DNA of 64,000 bases, from positions 40,734,001 through 40,798,000 of the forward strand of contig NC_043008.1 in assembly GCF_006345805.1 (NCBI RefSeq), given 5' to 3'. The DNA comes from Octopus sinensis. Lineage: Eukaryota. This document shows positions 1 to 11,699 of this stretch, piece by piece (position 1 is the stretch's first letter; every line of letters begins with the position of its first letter). The position numbers and the translations under genes are program-made. Under the pieces are notes generated by a model, which had not been told where the DNA came from, ran no database searches, and was given only the letters and a program-made list of their open reading frames with translations.

Positions 1-1130
1 AATATATCTATTCAGACCACACCTAACAAGGTTGAATAGCACAAGGTTGGACATTGATCCGCTCGCACCGTAAAGAACAGCACCTGGATTCATCAACGGA
101 TCGGTGTCTCTGAACGTATTAACGAGGACATATCGAATGAAATATTTCCTGAAATCTTGGCTGAATGATCTCCCTCCATCTCGTGGATGACTAACTCAAT
201 CCTTCAACGACATTACGCGTAATAAGGGCAAAATAGTGACAGTTACTTTGCAAGCCCACGTCATCCCACATTTACCTCCACCGCTCGCTCCGATCATCGA
301 TACCATATAATTCGGTCGAATCCGAAATCCCAATTTCTGAGGATAAAACAGATTTGTACTTACGTAAGGGATTATTGGAAACAGGCAAATGTTTTTGTAC
401 ACCATTATGTCAAACTCGGTTACAGTGAATCACGATTAAAGGAAATAGCAAATGACATAGCTAAGGTTAGTAAAGAAAGCCAAACTTACATGCAAAATGT
501 TTAACAAAGTACAATATTTTACAGAATGCCTTTAGTGATAATCTGGCACCGAAATTTCGCTTGAATTTCAAATGTGTTGCATGAAAGTTACCAGCATATT
601 GCGGGAAAATATCATGGTTTCAGACAAATATTTTCTCAGCCTCCTATTGTAGTCTTTAGATGGAATAGAAATATAAAACTATTTCTGACTCCAAGAAAAC
701 TAACATTGGAGTTTCTGCACGCTGTAACATGAAAACCAGCCACTAGAGACGTAAAGTCTGTTCATTGTGCAACATGAGTCCAGTCCTTTCCACAATTGAC
801 ACAAAATGAAAAATATTCCGAATATAGGAACGTGATCTTTTTGCGACAGGAAGTAGAAAGCCCTCCAGCCACACCGAAATTTTGGCTGTACAATATTTAT
901 ATCCACTGGAATTTGGGTGCTGGAACAGATGAAACTGAGAGACTATAAGACATTTGATTTAGTAAACATTCTCACACTCAAAAGTGCGCTAATAAACCCG
1001 CCGTCATAGTACAATAAGCAGAACCACTATGAACATCTGATGCCTTGTGAAGTTACTTGCATTAGCCTGGGATATAAGAGTAGCGAACGTCTGTGATTTC
1101 CACATGGATCCTACTTTGTATGTTTAATAA
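1..1130 (+). mobile_element. Penelope-like retroelement remnant (RT thumb, linker, Cys-rich/GIY-YIG region), cut by window start
   Basis: Manual + strand translation across frameshifts gives KPTSSHIYLHRS / SDHRYHIIRSNPKSQFLRIKQICTY ... KLGYSESRLKE ... RMPLVIIWH ... RQIFSQPPIVVFRWNRNIKLFL ... KVCSLCN. This matches the Penelope RT C-terminus (KPTD..YL...S.HP.H...SIP.SQ.LR..RIC) and the PP.V.F.R..NL linker. Many stops. Confidence 0.8.
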
Positions 1131-2945
1131 GACTTTACAGAATTTCGCCCATGACACAGTTTACTTTCATTTGCTCCCACTGAAATTAAACTTTAAGAGT
1201 AGTTTGAGAGAAAAAACATTTCCTATTTCATTATCCTCTTTATATTTTCGTTTTTTTTATTTTCTGGTTCTGGAAGGGAATTTTATTCATTTTCATAATG
1301 TGAGGACAATAGAAACTTAGTGAAAATTTCATGTTATTTCATTTGCGTTTTTGCTTTTCCTCTGGTTCAATCCTTCCTTTCGACTTCTATTGTCACCGGA
1401 TATATTTGTGCCTCTGTTTGTTCTCGTATTCTTTTAACACCTCCGCTTTGTTTTTTCTCTTTGTTTCAATATTATTTTCACTGTCAACCTTACTTTCGAT
1501 TATTTTACACTTGTACAAGAATTTAATTTTATACTTATGTATTTATGATATGTATTTTTTCTCTGTCTGAAATTCTTAATTTCCTATGTATTCCTAAATA
1601 ATCTTCGCTTCAATCTGTATTACTTTGACTATTTTGATACAACCATATCTCTCCTTCCCTTTTCCTTCTTTCTCCCTTCTGATTTAAATTCCACATATTC
1701 TAGATTCATTTGTTCAATCTTTATTCTTATTTCTTATTGTGTATTAATTTCCCATTATTCTTTTAGTTGGATTTTTTTTCAATGATCCTGTTTACGATTA
1801 GTTTCTTTCTGGTTTCCTTTCAACATTTCACATATTTCTTTGTATATGACTAGCACTTTTCACATAGTTCAGTCGTCATACCACACAAACAATTTTCTTC
1901 TCTCTTCTTCCAAATTCTCTCCCCCACTCTCATTCTTAGCAACTCTCTCCTCTTTTTACCTTATCCTCATCTCTTTTTGTTTCATATTCATTTCTTCTTT
2001 GTTTGTAAAAGGATCGCAATGGGTTATCTAACGCTTCATTCTGCTGCCTTAATTCATTATATCACTCAATCCAGCTGCAAAAGTCCACACGTTTTATTTC
2101 TTTTATATTATATTCTATTATAAGATAACCGTCTGTATTTACACTCCCCAATCTCATAACAAAGCACCATTCGTTCTTTTATTATTTATGTTCTTTATTT
2201 TTCTTCCCGAATCCTTAACTATATTCTATAAATCTCATATTTTCATATCTATCATCCTTCACAGTTTTCTGCATGTCATTCTCTTCGCATAATGCATCTC
2301 TCTTTGTATTATTCTTCGAACATAATAGATCCCACCTTCCCGCTCTCTTTAAACAATTTAATCATCTCAAACAAAATTTCATGTTAAATACTTCTCTTAA
2401 TACTTTCACGCATCACATTTAAATGATTCTGTATGTATGCATATTTTACGCATTTATTATTTCGAAATTCTATTAAACTGTGCATTATATTTACTATATT
2501 TTTTTCTGTTAAATTCATTTTCTATAGCATTTCTTGTTGTATACTTGTTTCATTTAATTAATGCACTTGTTTATGCTTTAACTTCTTTGTTATTATTTGT
2601 CGATCATTCTTTAAAAAAAGATTCTCATTAGTTCATCATTTTCCTATGTCTCTTACATTTTTTTTTCATTTCTATTATTTGGAGCTTCCCACTGACAAAC
2701 ATAAAAAACCATAGACGTTGTATCATTATGAAGATCTGAAGAGCACAACCTGCATTTCTGAGTCTTCTAATCTTTCCTCATGTACTTATACTGCTTTCGG
2801 TTAATTGTAATTTTTGCATTATTTCGTTTTATGATTGCTGTGCTTCGCTTCAACCATCTCCATCTTTTCTTCCCATGTTCTTTGTTCTCGTTTCACCAGT
2901 TTCCTTTTCTAATTTCTCTTCCTTGCCTTGTTATTTTTTGTTGCC

Positions 2946-2996
2946 GTTGTTGTTGTTGTTGTTGTTCTTTTTCTTCTTCTTCTTCTTCTTCTTCTT

Positions 2997-3084
<88 letters not shown>

Positions 3085-3262
3085 TATTATTATTATTATT
3101 ATTATTAATAATATTAATATTATTGTTATTATTATTATTATTATTATTTTTACTATTATTATTATTATTATCGTTCTCCTACATCAGCAGCAGCGGCATC
3201 AAAGGCATCGCCGCCGTCCTCGTCGTCATCATCATCATTATCATCATCATTATCCCCACCAT
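2946..3262. repeat. Compound trinucleotide microsatellite (GTT)n(CTT)n(TTA)n...(CAT)n
   Basis: Directly visible; explains the poly-S/Y/I/L/F ORFs at 2780-3472. Confidence 0.97.
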
Positions 3263-3789
3263 ATTCATCGTCATATTTCTCCCTACCTTCCTGCTCTCAG
3301 CCACTTCATTTCTATGTCTTCATGTACTTTTAATTCTGCTCTTTCGTCTACCAATCACATGTTTTATGGGTGTACGCGGGTGAATGTACTTGAGTATTTC
3401 CTTAATTCTTCATTCAATTATGATAGGCGATACCATTTATCCATAGCCTCTCACACATTTTCCGCAGTTTAAAAATAAATTACTGTATTTATATAATTTT
3501 CTCTTTACGTCGCTTTGATCAATATAATTATTTTGAAACGCAGAATTATTTAAAACTAAGTTTAATTAACCACAAATAGTTATACGAAAACAAATATTAA
3601 TTTTTCCATGTTTCTTTCCTTAGTTAACAGTCAGATCTTATCGTTTTACATTAACAAATGCACAAATCTGTATATTTCCGTGTTTTCTCAACATCATTGC
3701 AGAGATGTTTGGTTTTCGTTAATAAGTCCAAATGCAAGTAAAACCTGTTTTGAATGAATGAACATTATTACAGAAATAATTTTAAAGTC

Positions 3790-4084
3790 CGTGACGAATA
3801 TTTGCCATTTAAATATGGCTAACCCCTAAGGGGGGATGCTACTGTAGTTTATAGCCCCAGGAGGACACCTCCTCCAGCTGGCTATAGACACACTTTTTGT
3901 GCCCTATCAGTATTTGCAAAGGGAAGCCATCCTTCCCGTCTTCGAGAAGGACCTTTGCAAATATAGATAGGGGACAGAAAGTGTGTCTATAGCCAGCGGG
4001 AGGAGGTGTCCTCCTGGGGCTACAAACTACAGTAGCATCCACCTTTAGGGGTTAGCCATGTTTAAATGGCAAATATACGTCACG
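3790..4084. mobile_element. Fold-back/MITE-like inverted repeat, ~133-bp arms, ~29-bp spacer
   Basis: cgtgacgaatatttgccatttaaatatggctaacccc...tttgcaaagg (3790-3922) is the imperfect reverse complement of cctttgcaaata...ggggttagccatgtttaaatggcaaatatacgtcacg (3952-4084). Confidence 0.8.
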
Positions 4085-4292
4085 ATGTGTTGTAGCTACT
4101 GTTTATTACTCGCTCTGAGATTTATTATTAATTTTAAAGTTAATATTAATTAAATAAAGTCTATTATTCCCTGCATATTATTCCAAGTTATATTTCTAAT
4201 ACACCCTGTATAAAATATATTACAATTAACTTAGAATGTGTTTCTTCTAGGGGGTGAACCGAGATAAATTATAAAATACATTTTCTTGAAAA

Positions 4293-4295
<3 letters not shown>

Positions 4296-4331
<36 letters not shown>

Positions 4332-4503
4332 CATACATACATACATACATACATACATACGAACACGTGTATGCGCACACACTAATACACAGGTATTTAT
4401 GTATATGCGTGTGTACGCGAGTGCATGTGCGAGTGTGCGCATGTGTGTATGCATATGTGTGTGTTTTTCTATGTGTATGTGTATGTACCTACGTGTATAT
4501 ATA

Positions 4504-4535
<32 letters not shown>
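4296..4535. repeat. (AT)n/(ACAT)n/(GT)n microsatellite block
   Basis: Directly visible. Confidence 0.95.
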
Positions 4536-4536
<1 letters not shown>

Positions 4537-4962
4537 AATATTAAAATTACTAAGTCTCTCTAATGGCGATTACGGCAACGTTACTGGATATTAATAGTTA
4601 TCGACATACTAATATGGCATTCTATAAATATAAGACTAAAGCTGTCGCTGATTAGCTCCAGGAGGCCATCGCCTCTAGCTAGCTATATGACACACGAACC
4701 TGCGTCCATTACAACCTTCGAACAGGGGAAGTCAGCCGCCTCACCTTGTTAGTCAGACATCTGCAGACATGTTTCTGGGTTGTTGCTCTTTACCAATACA
4801 GCGTAGTCAGAACCAGCAGGTGTCGCTACTGACCGTCTGTTCGAAGATTTTATTTACCTACTTACAGTGGAATACATCCACTTGTTTTCAATAATAGAAA
4901 TATTAAAATTACTAAGTTTCTCTAAAGGAGATTACGGCAGCGTTACTGGATATTAATAGTTA
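4536..4962. repeat. Unclassified 427-bp unit bounded by 65-bp direct repeats
   Basis: aaatattaaaattactaagt(c/t)tctctaa(t/a)gg(c/a)gattacggca(a/g)cgttactggatattaatagtta at 4536-4600 and 4898-4962; the interior is GC-richer; the unit abuts a (TA)n tract. Confidence 0.75.
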
Positions 4963-5519
4963 GTGTATTTTAAAATGTTATTCAAAGCAGGGAACAACTC
5001 TTATAGTTTCAATATTTAAAGTAAGACTTTTATGACATTTGTTAACTGTTAAATAAATATACTTAAAGAAATGGATTGACACGAAACTCATGAACTGGAA
5101 TTTCTGTAGAGCTTTTCAATTTTTCAAACACGCATGATACCGAGAAATCCGTACACAGGAAGGTGAATGTTACTAATGGTGTTGAATATTTTCGATTTTC
5201 TACCGGATTTACAATATTTTATTGGATATTTATTACATATGTATTTTTGTAGATATGTTTTTATTCATTTTGAACAGGGTAAATAGTAAACATTTTCCAT
5301 TAGAAAAATGTCTATATTATGGCAGCAATAATATTTTTGACTGATATTATTATTGTTATTACTAACTGAAGTAATTATAAACAGTTGATAATAACAGCAA
5401 CAATAATATAGCTCCCCTTTCTTGCAGGCAGCCACATTGTCTGCCTTTATGATAAATGTAAATTTTGCATGTTAATAATATAGCTATCTAAGGCCTGCAA
5501 CCACCTAATCATATGTATG

Positions 5520-5586
<67 letters not shown>

Positions 5587-6184
5587 TCGGAAGATCTTGG
5601 ATATGAGAAAACGTTAGTGCAATTAAACAAACAGCAAATGATACCTTGTGTAAATTTTGCATCATCTATATTGCTTCACCGTTCCCTCCGGATGCTCTCT
5701 TAAACTGTATGACGAGTCATGGGTAACACCTTACCTCCACAAGCTAATAAAATGGGAATATAATAGGAATATAATATTTTCTATTCCTTGAGAAACCGAT
5801 ACATCTGCTGTGATAATATTGACTACACAATGAATACAAATTATGAGAATATTAATAATATTTTAAATAATACCATAATTTTTATAATAGTAATGACATA
5901 TTATTATTATTTTGAGTAGGTGAATAATTCACCCCTAGAAATATCACTCTTTTGTTCATAAACAAAGCTTATTTAGTGGACTTTTGAAGAAGATCGGCTG
6001 ATCAACACGAAGGAAATTGTAGCTGGGTCCCAGGTGCAATGTTAAGCTCTGAGCCAGCATCAATTTTATGGTGAGCGGTGTTGTTTCACTCAACGGTGAC
6101 CTTTGCCCGTTCGATATGACTCGTTCGTTTGATATGGTGGTAGTATAACTTCTTGATTGCAAATAATATTAATAGTAAAAATAA

Positions 6185-6600
6185 GTGAAACAAAAAAGAG
6201 GAGGAAGAAGAAAAAGGAAAAAGAGAAGATAAAATAAGGTGAGATGTGGAGAGGAAGACGAGGAGATAAGGCGGAGGAGGCAGAGGAGGAGACGAAGCAG
6301 GGAAGAACAAGTAGTGGAGGAGAGGTGGAAGAGAGGGGAGGACGATGTGCGGGAAGAAGGAGAGGAGTGTGAGGAAGAGAAAAATGAGGAGAAAGAAGGG
6401 AAAGAGGAGGAGAGAGAGGGGAGAAGGAGAGGGTGGGTAGTAAAGAAATAATTGAAGGAGGAGAAGGTAGATGGAAAGAGTGAGGAGAAGGAGAAGGAGT
6501 AAGAGGGGAGAAAGATCGGAAGAAGGAGGAGGAGAATAAGGAGCAGAATGAGGATGAAGAGAAGGAGGAGGAGAACGAGGACAAGGAGGAGGTGGATTCA
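6185..6600. repeat. Polypurine (GA-rich) low-complexity tract
   Basis: Directly visible; source of the E/R/G-rich and P/S/L-rich spurious ORFs. Confidence 0.9.
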
Positions 6601-7181
6601 ATGTTAAAGAAAATAAAGAGTAACAATACAATTGTATATAACAGTTGACAATAGGCAGACAGGAAGGAGGTATCATGAAAAATATCTGTGATTTATAATT
6701 ACTTGAAGCTCGATAAATGTAAATTAAGAATTTAAAATGAAGTAAAATGCTTGAGAAATCCAGTGAAAAGAAGCTGGTTTCAGAATTTTTCAGTTTTATT
6801 CTATTGTCAAGTAGAAATAAGTTTTTGTTTGACGTTATTATTACGTTAGCAATGATTCCTGTTAATGTTGTCACTTTGTTTCTATTGTCTCGTCGGAATA
6901 CAAAATACAAAAACCTTCACTCAAACGTTTCAATAAGCAACCACAAAATTTCACATTGAGCTAATGATTATTACAACAATGTCTAAAAGAAAACAAAAAC
7001 ATATGCATTGTGCTTTATAAAGTTTTATTTCGGAAATAACGGTCGAAGTTTAAAAAGAAATTTTTATATGTTTGCACTATTTTTAGACTTGAAATATTTG
7101 AACTTTGCAACAATTATCGTGCAAATATTGAAGTGATATATAATATATGTATAATCCTGTAAGAAGTGCACTGACAACACA

Positions 7182-7570
7182 CTTTGCGTTTTATGCTGTC
7201 CCTGTTTTTGGTACTAGGCAAAATGGAAGAATCCAGAAAAATAATCATATGCAATGGCAAAACCCTTTGCGTTTTACGTTCTCCCTGTTTTTGGTACTAG
7301 GCAAAATGGAAGAATCCAGAAAAATAATCATATGCAATGGCAAAACCCTTTGCGTTTTACGTTGTCCCTGTTTTGGGTACTAGGCAAAATGGAAGAATCC
7401 AGAAAAATAATCATATGCAATGGCAAAACCCTTTGCGTTTTACGTTGTCCCTGTTTTGGGCACTAGGCAAACTGGAAGAATCCAGAAAAATAACCATATG
7501 CAATGGCAAAACCCTTTGCGTTTTACGTTGTCCTTGTTTTTGGTACTAGGCAAAATGGAAGAATCCAGAA
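7182..7570. repeat. 83-bp minisatellite, ~4.7 copies
   Basis: ctttgcgtttta... recurs at 7182, 7265, 7348, 7431 and 7514 (period 83). Confidence 0.97.
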
Positions 7571-8164
7571 ATATATTCATAATGTTTGCAGAACTACTTT
7601 ACCTGCCCTTACATAGCTATTGCGTAGCAAATATCAGTCTTCGAGTATTTAGTAAACTTGAGATTTCACATATACAGTCGAAATAGGGAGCGTAATGCCT
7701 TCCTTTTAATATGCATTTTAGTTCAAAAGTAAAAGCTTTATATTATATTCGAAAGAAATCTACACAATGTATTATATTGATCGCGGAGAAAAGTTTGCCA
7801 ATTTAGACAAATGTTTTCGTAAATTTAGTAGTTACAATGCTATTTTTAATCGACAAACCGAGAAGTTATCCTACGCTAATTTTGAGCAGCATATACACTG
7901 CATAAAGAAAAGTCATATGCGACAACAGTTGTATGACCCACCTACTGGATGTAGCAAACATGCATCTAAATACCAATGAAGGTGATGTAAACTGCAATGA
8001 AAAGAACCAAATACGGCCAAATACGGGAAATATGGCCAGCGTCGGGTAAAGAAGTCAATTTTATTATGTTGTCAAGACAGTCTTTTTTAAATTTTGGTTT
8101 TAAATTATGAAGTTTCAAATAAATTTTCGTTACATTTCTTTGATTTTATATATCATTTTAAAGG

Positions 8165-8545
8165 TCGTTTTTCTCCTGACAACACGCGGCCGCACGTCGC
8201 ACAACTGATACTTCAGAATTTGAAAGAATTGGGCTACGAAATTCTGCTTCATCCGTCATACTCACCAGACTTCTCGCCTACCGACTACCACTTTTTCAAG
8301 CATCTCGACAACTTCTTGCATGGGAAGTACTTAAAAAACCATGTCGATGCCAAACACAAATTCATCGCTGCTTGAACGCAGGATTTGTACTGTACGCTAC
8401 TGGCATTAATAAACTTGTTTCGCGTGGGCAAAAGTGTGTTGATTCTGATGCTGTTTATTTCGATTTATAAAGTTTTATTTGAGCCGAGACATGTGCATCT
8501 GAATTAAAATGTTAAAAACCGCAAGAACTTTCATGACACCCTAAT
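8165..8545 (+). mobile_element. Mariner transposon 3' fragment (transposase C-terminus plus TIR)
   Basis: DNTRPHVAQ...LGYEILLHPSYSPDFSPTDYHFFKHLDNFL matches mariner DNARPH / HPPYSPDLAPSDYHLF; ends in a TIR-like aaaaaccgcaagaactttcatgacaccctaa followed by TA. Confidence 0.9.
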
Positions 8546-8601
8546 ATATATATACAAATAAATACAATAAATGCTCATGCTGAGAAAGATCAAAATGCCT
8601 A

Positions 8602-8900
8602 TTGAATGTCTGCACGAGTACAACTCCTGTATATAAATATAACGTGTACACAAGGGGCGGGCCATATGTTTACACTGGGCAAACGGGTGAATCGTTTAAG
8701 AATCGTTATCGCACGCATGTACCCGGCTTCCAGAAAATCAATGAGGCATTCAACAACTTTGGCCGATTTTGTGAGAGAAGGAAGACAAAATTAAGTATGA
8801 CATAACTTGGTCCATAGTATGGCATGCAAAACCAAACAATATCATTTCCGAGAAGATTCATTACGGAACTGTTATTTTAACGAATTATATCTATTTATCA
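8602..8900 (+). mobile_element. GIY-YIG endonuclease fragment of a Penelope-like element
   Basis: ORF 8602-8805: PVYKYNVYTRGGPYVYTGQTGESFKNRYRTH resembles VY...C...YIGQT.R.L..R..EH. Confidence 0.65.
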
Positions 8901-9529
8901 CGCGAAGAGACATAATTGCACCGTCGGATGCTCCTGAATTAGCTGTTAATTATCCCAGCCGTAAGGAGAGCGATGCTGGATGCTTCGAAACAATTGTCGT
9001 GAGTAATAAAAATTATCGTATCTTCCACCTTCCGTCTTGATATATTATCTATGTATATAGATAGATATAATTTGTCTTTTGGGGCGTAGAGAATGGCGTA
9101 AACACTTTTAATGAAAACGGAACCCCTTTAGTGATGAAAACTATGCTATTAATATTCTGATAGCGCAATTGTATTCTAGGACTGTGTAGATTTCGAAAGA
9201 TAAGGGATGAGTGGAGAATACTTATTAAATAAAGTTTCCTATATGAACGTTTTAAAAGTAAAACAAAATATTCAGTTCTATCTATATATTTCTAGAACAC
9301 ACACATTCACACACACACATATATAGTAAAAGTAAACGAAAGGAGATTGTTTTCCAAAATGGAAGCGAACACCATTCTCCATGTCATCGGCTTGAAAAAT
9401 TGTTAAGATACTGCGATATTTCCCACTCCTCTTAACATGAAATCAATGGTAGCTTTAATCCAAGAAATAAAGAAATTATGTATACACCATTATTCCAAAG
9501 TTCTACTTTTACGTATATACTTATGTGCG

Positions 9530-9707
9530 TGTATATATCTATGTGTGTATATATATCTATGTACGAATATATATATTTGATATATGAATATATATAAATA
9601 TATATATATGTATGTATACATATATATATATATATTTATATATGCATATATATATGTATATATATATGTATATATATGTATGTATATATATATGTGTATA
9701 TATATAC

Positions 9708-9739
<32 letters not shown>

Positions 9740-9811
9740 TTATATATGCATATATATATGTATATATATATGTATATATATGTATGTATATATATATGTG
9801 TATATATATAC

Positions 9812-9846
<35 letters not shown>

Positions 9847-9880
9847 CATATATATATACATATGTGTGTGTGTGTGTGTG
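9530..9880. repeat. (TA)n/(TATG)n/(GT)n microsatellite
   Basis: Directly visible. Confidence 0.97.
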
Positions 9881-11089
9881 TATTGACAGGGCAAGACTGC
9901 TAGGTAGTCTGCCGCATGCTAGAAATAGATCATCAACGATCAAACTACAAAGAAAGTTATCTAGAGGAAAAATTCAGCGAGCACCAGAACCAAATTTAGC
10001 GGGCAGGACAGATGAAAATTTATATAAAAACCGAGGTATGCAATTAATTCTGTTTTGTACACGGCATAACGAAAATTGTACTACTAGATATTAGTCCATA
10101 TTAAATTTATTCGCGCCTTGATTTAACATTCTCTCTCATTTACGCCACTGATAATGTTGAAAAACATTCTGTGTCATTTTTAATTTTGAAAACAAATGAT
10201 TGGTTTAGCTTAAGATATTGGTAACGTAATTTTCGTAATCGAGTAGGTAATGAATCAGAGGCAGCTAATTTTTCATTCATTGTATCTACTAGTTGAATAT
10301 ATGTAGCCGTATTAGAAATGACTATACTACACACTGAAATGTGAACGCCAGTCACTCGTGAGTTTTACTTAATAGTCAATTTTTCCACATTTATTGTTGT
10401 CATAGCATACTGATACTTACAGAAAATGCTGAAAATATCACAAAGAAATGATGTTGTATGAAGCGACACAACCATCTTACAAATTGCTTCACTCAACAAG
10501 CTTACTGAGGATTTCTTACCTAATGCGCTTATCACAACGATAATAAGCGAATCATCGTTCCACGATGGTATTTTCCAACAATGGAAATCATGTAAGTCGT
10601 TTTCAATGCTCATATATTTTGCCTTAGGAATTGTTAACTATTTATAAATATATTTCTATATTTTGAGGTTGCTTTTTGAAAGATTATTTTAACTCTAAAG
10701 ATTACGATGTGAAAACCATAATGACAGAATAGAGTGTGGAAGTGATTCTGGCAAGAATAGATCTGAATTCATCATATCATCTCAATTATGATGAATAACA
10801 AATGTCACATTTTTGCCGTGTCGAAATCTGATACATTTTACTCATGTGATCTTATAACATGCAATACTATTAAACAATTAATATATCAGCAAGTAAATAT
10901 GTATCATAATACTGACTCACCGATAACCCATTTATAGAAGTTATATCAATTATTCGATGAACACTGTATTTAAATTTCATATATGCTATACAGTAGCGGC
11001 CATAATATACGTGTCAATAAGAACAAGTGTATTGAAATGTTTATTATAGAAGATTAACAAAACGTTGAGACTATATTTTTTTACACATA

Positions 11090-11496
11090 CGAGGGGCGTT
11101 CAATAAGTAATGCCCCTGACCCACTTCCCATAGCAGTAGAGCAACGAAACTTGGCACAGTTATTAGTCTTTTTCAACATAGCAACCACCCAGAGTTACGC
11201 ATTTCTCCCATTGTTTTACAAGGTCATATGATGGGGCATCATCACCATAAGTTACTTTCATTTCATCAAAAGTCTCCCGTGGTGTGCGTCATTTCAAATA
11301 CAAAAACCGGATCACTGCTCGACACTCAACAGGCTCCATTTCACACTTGACTCGGTTCAAACACCTGTAAATCAGAAACCACAATTAGTTCAGAGCCACT
11401 TACTCTATAGAGATATAAATGATTGCACATGCAAAATTTCAGCTAGATCAAGCCACTGCAAGTGGGTCAGAGGCATTACTTATTGAACGTCCCTCG
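11090..11496 (-). mobile_element. Internally deleted mariner (MITE) inserted in the Tc1 left TIR
   Basis: TA-cgaggggcgttcaataagtaatgcccctgacccactt ... aagtgggtcagaggcattacttattgaacgtccctcg-TA; the interior encodes MEPVECRAVIRFLYLK*RTPRETFDEMKVTYGDDAPSYDLVKQWEKCVTLGGCYVEKD* (11339-11163). Confidence 0.95.
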
Positions 11497-11699
11497 TATT
11501 TAGTTATATCTAACATCTATCTTTTGTGATTGGATCAAATATTTCGTAAGTTATGAGGAAATAAACAAATGATCTTCCATCCTGCAACGACCAAAAGTTC
11601 AGCGTCACTTAGAAAAACAATGGAAACGGAACATGAACAAAAAGAAACCCTTATAATTAATATTTTGTGAACATCCCTTTACTATCAATGACCTCCTGA

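Noticed and set aside
1-405. Minus-strand frame with P-loop-like strings (IGASGGGKC, VLYGASGS)
   Set aside because: The opposite strand is clearly Penelope RT thumb sequence; the motifs lack the K[S/T] consensus and are antisense coincidences.
2780-3472. Long ORFs of 230, 151 and 77 aa
   Set aside because: Homopolymeric translations of trinucleotide microsatellites.
5956-6162. Minus-strand 68-aa ORF with a faint RT-like RVISNGQRS...LGP pattern
   Set aside because: Diagnostic GVPQGS and YADD motifs are absent and there are no convincing splice sites; cannot be supported as exon or LINE.
6086-6910. 274-aa and 178-aa ORFs
   Set aside because: They derive from the GA-rich low-complexity tract.
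7147-7686. Four similar overlapping ORFs, or a CRISPR-like array
   Set aside because: Frame-shifting translations of an 83-bp minisatellite with no unique spacers; eukaryotic context.
9490-10094. Y/I/H/T-rich ORFs here and at 16.2-17.4, 22.0-23.2, 36.4-36.9, 51.3-51.7, 58.1-59.9 and 61.6-62.0 kb
   Set aside because: Translations of (TA)n, (CA)n and (TACA)n microsatellites.
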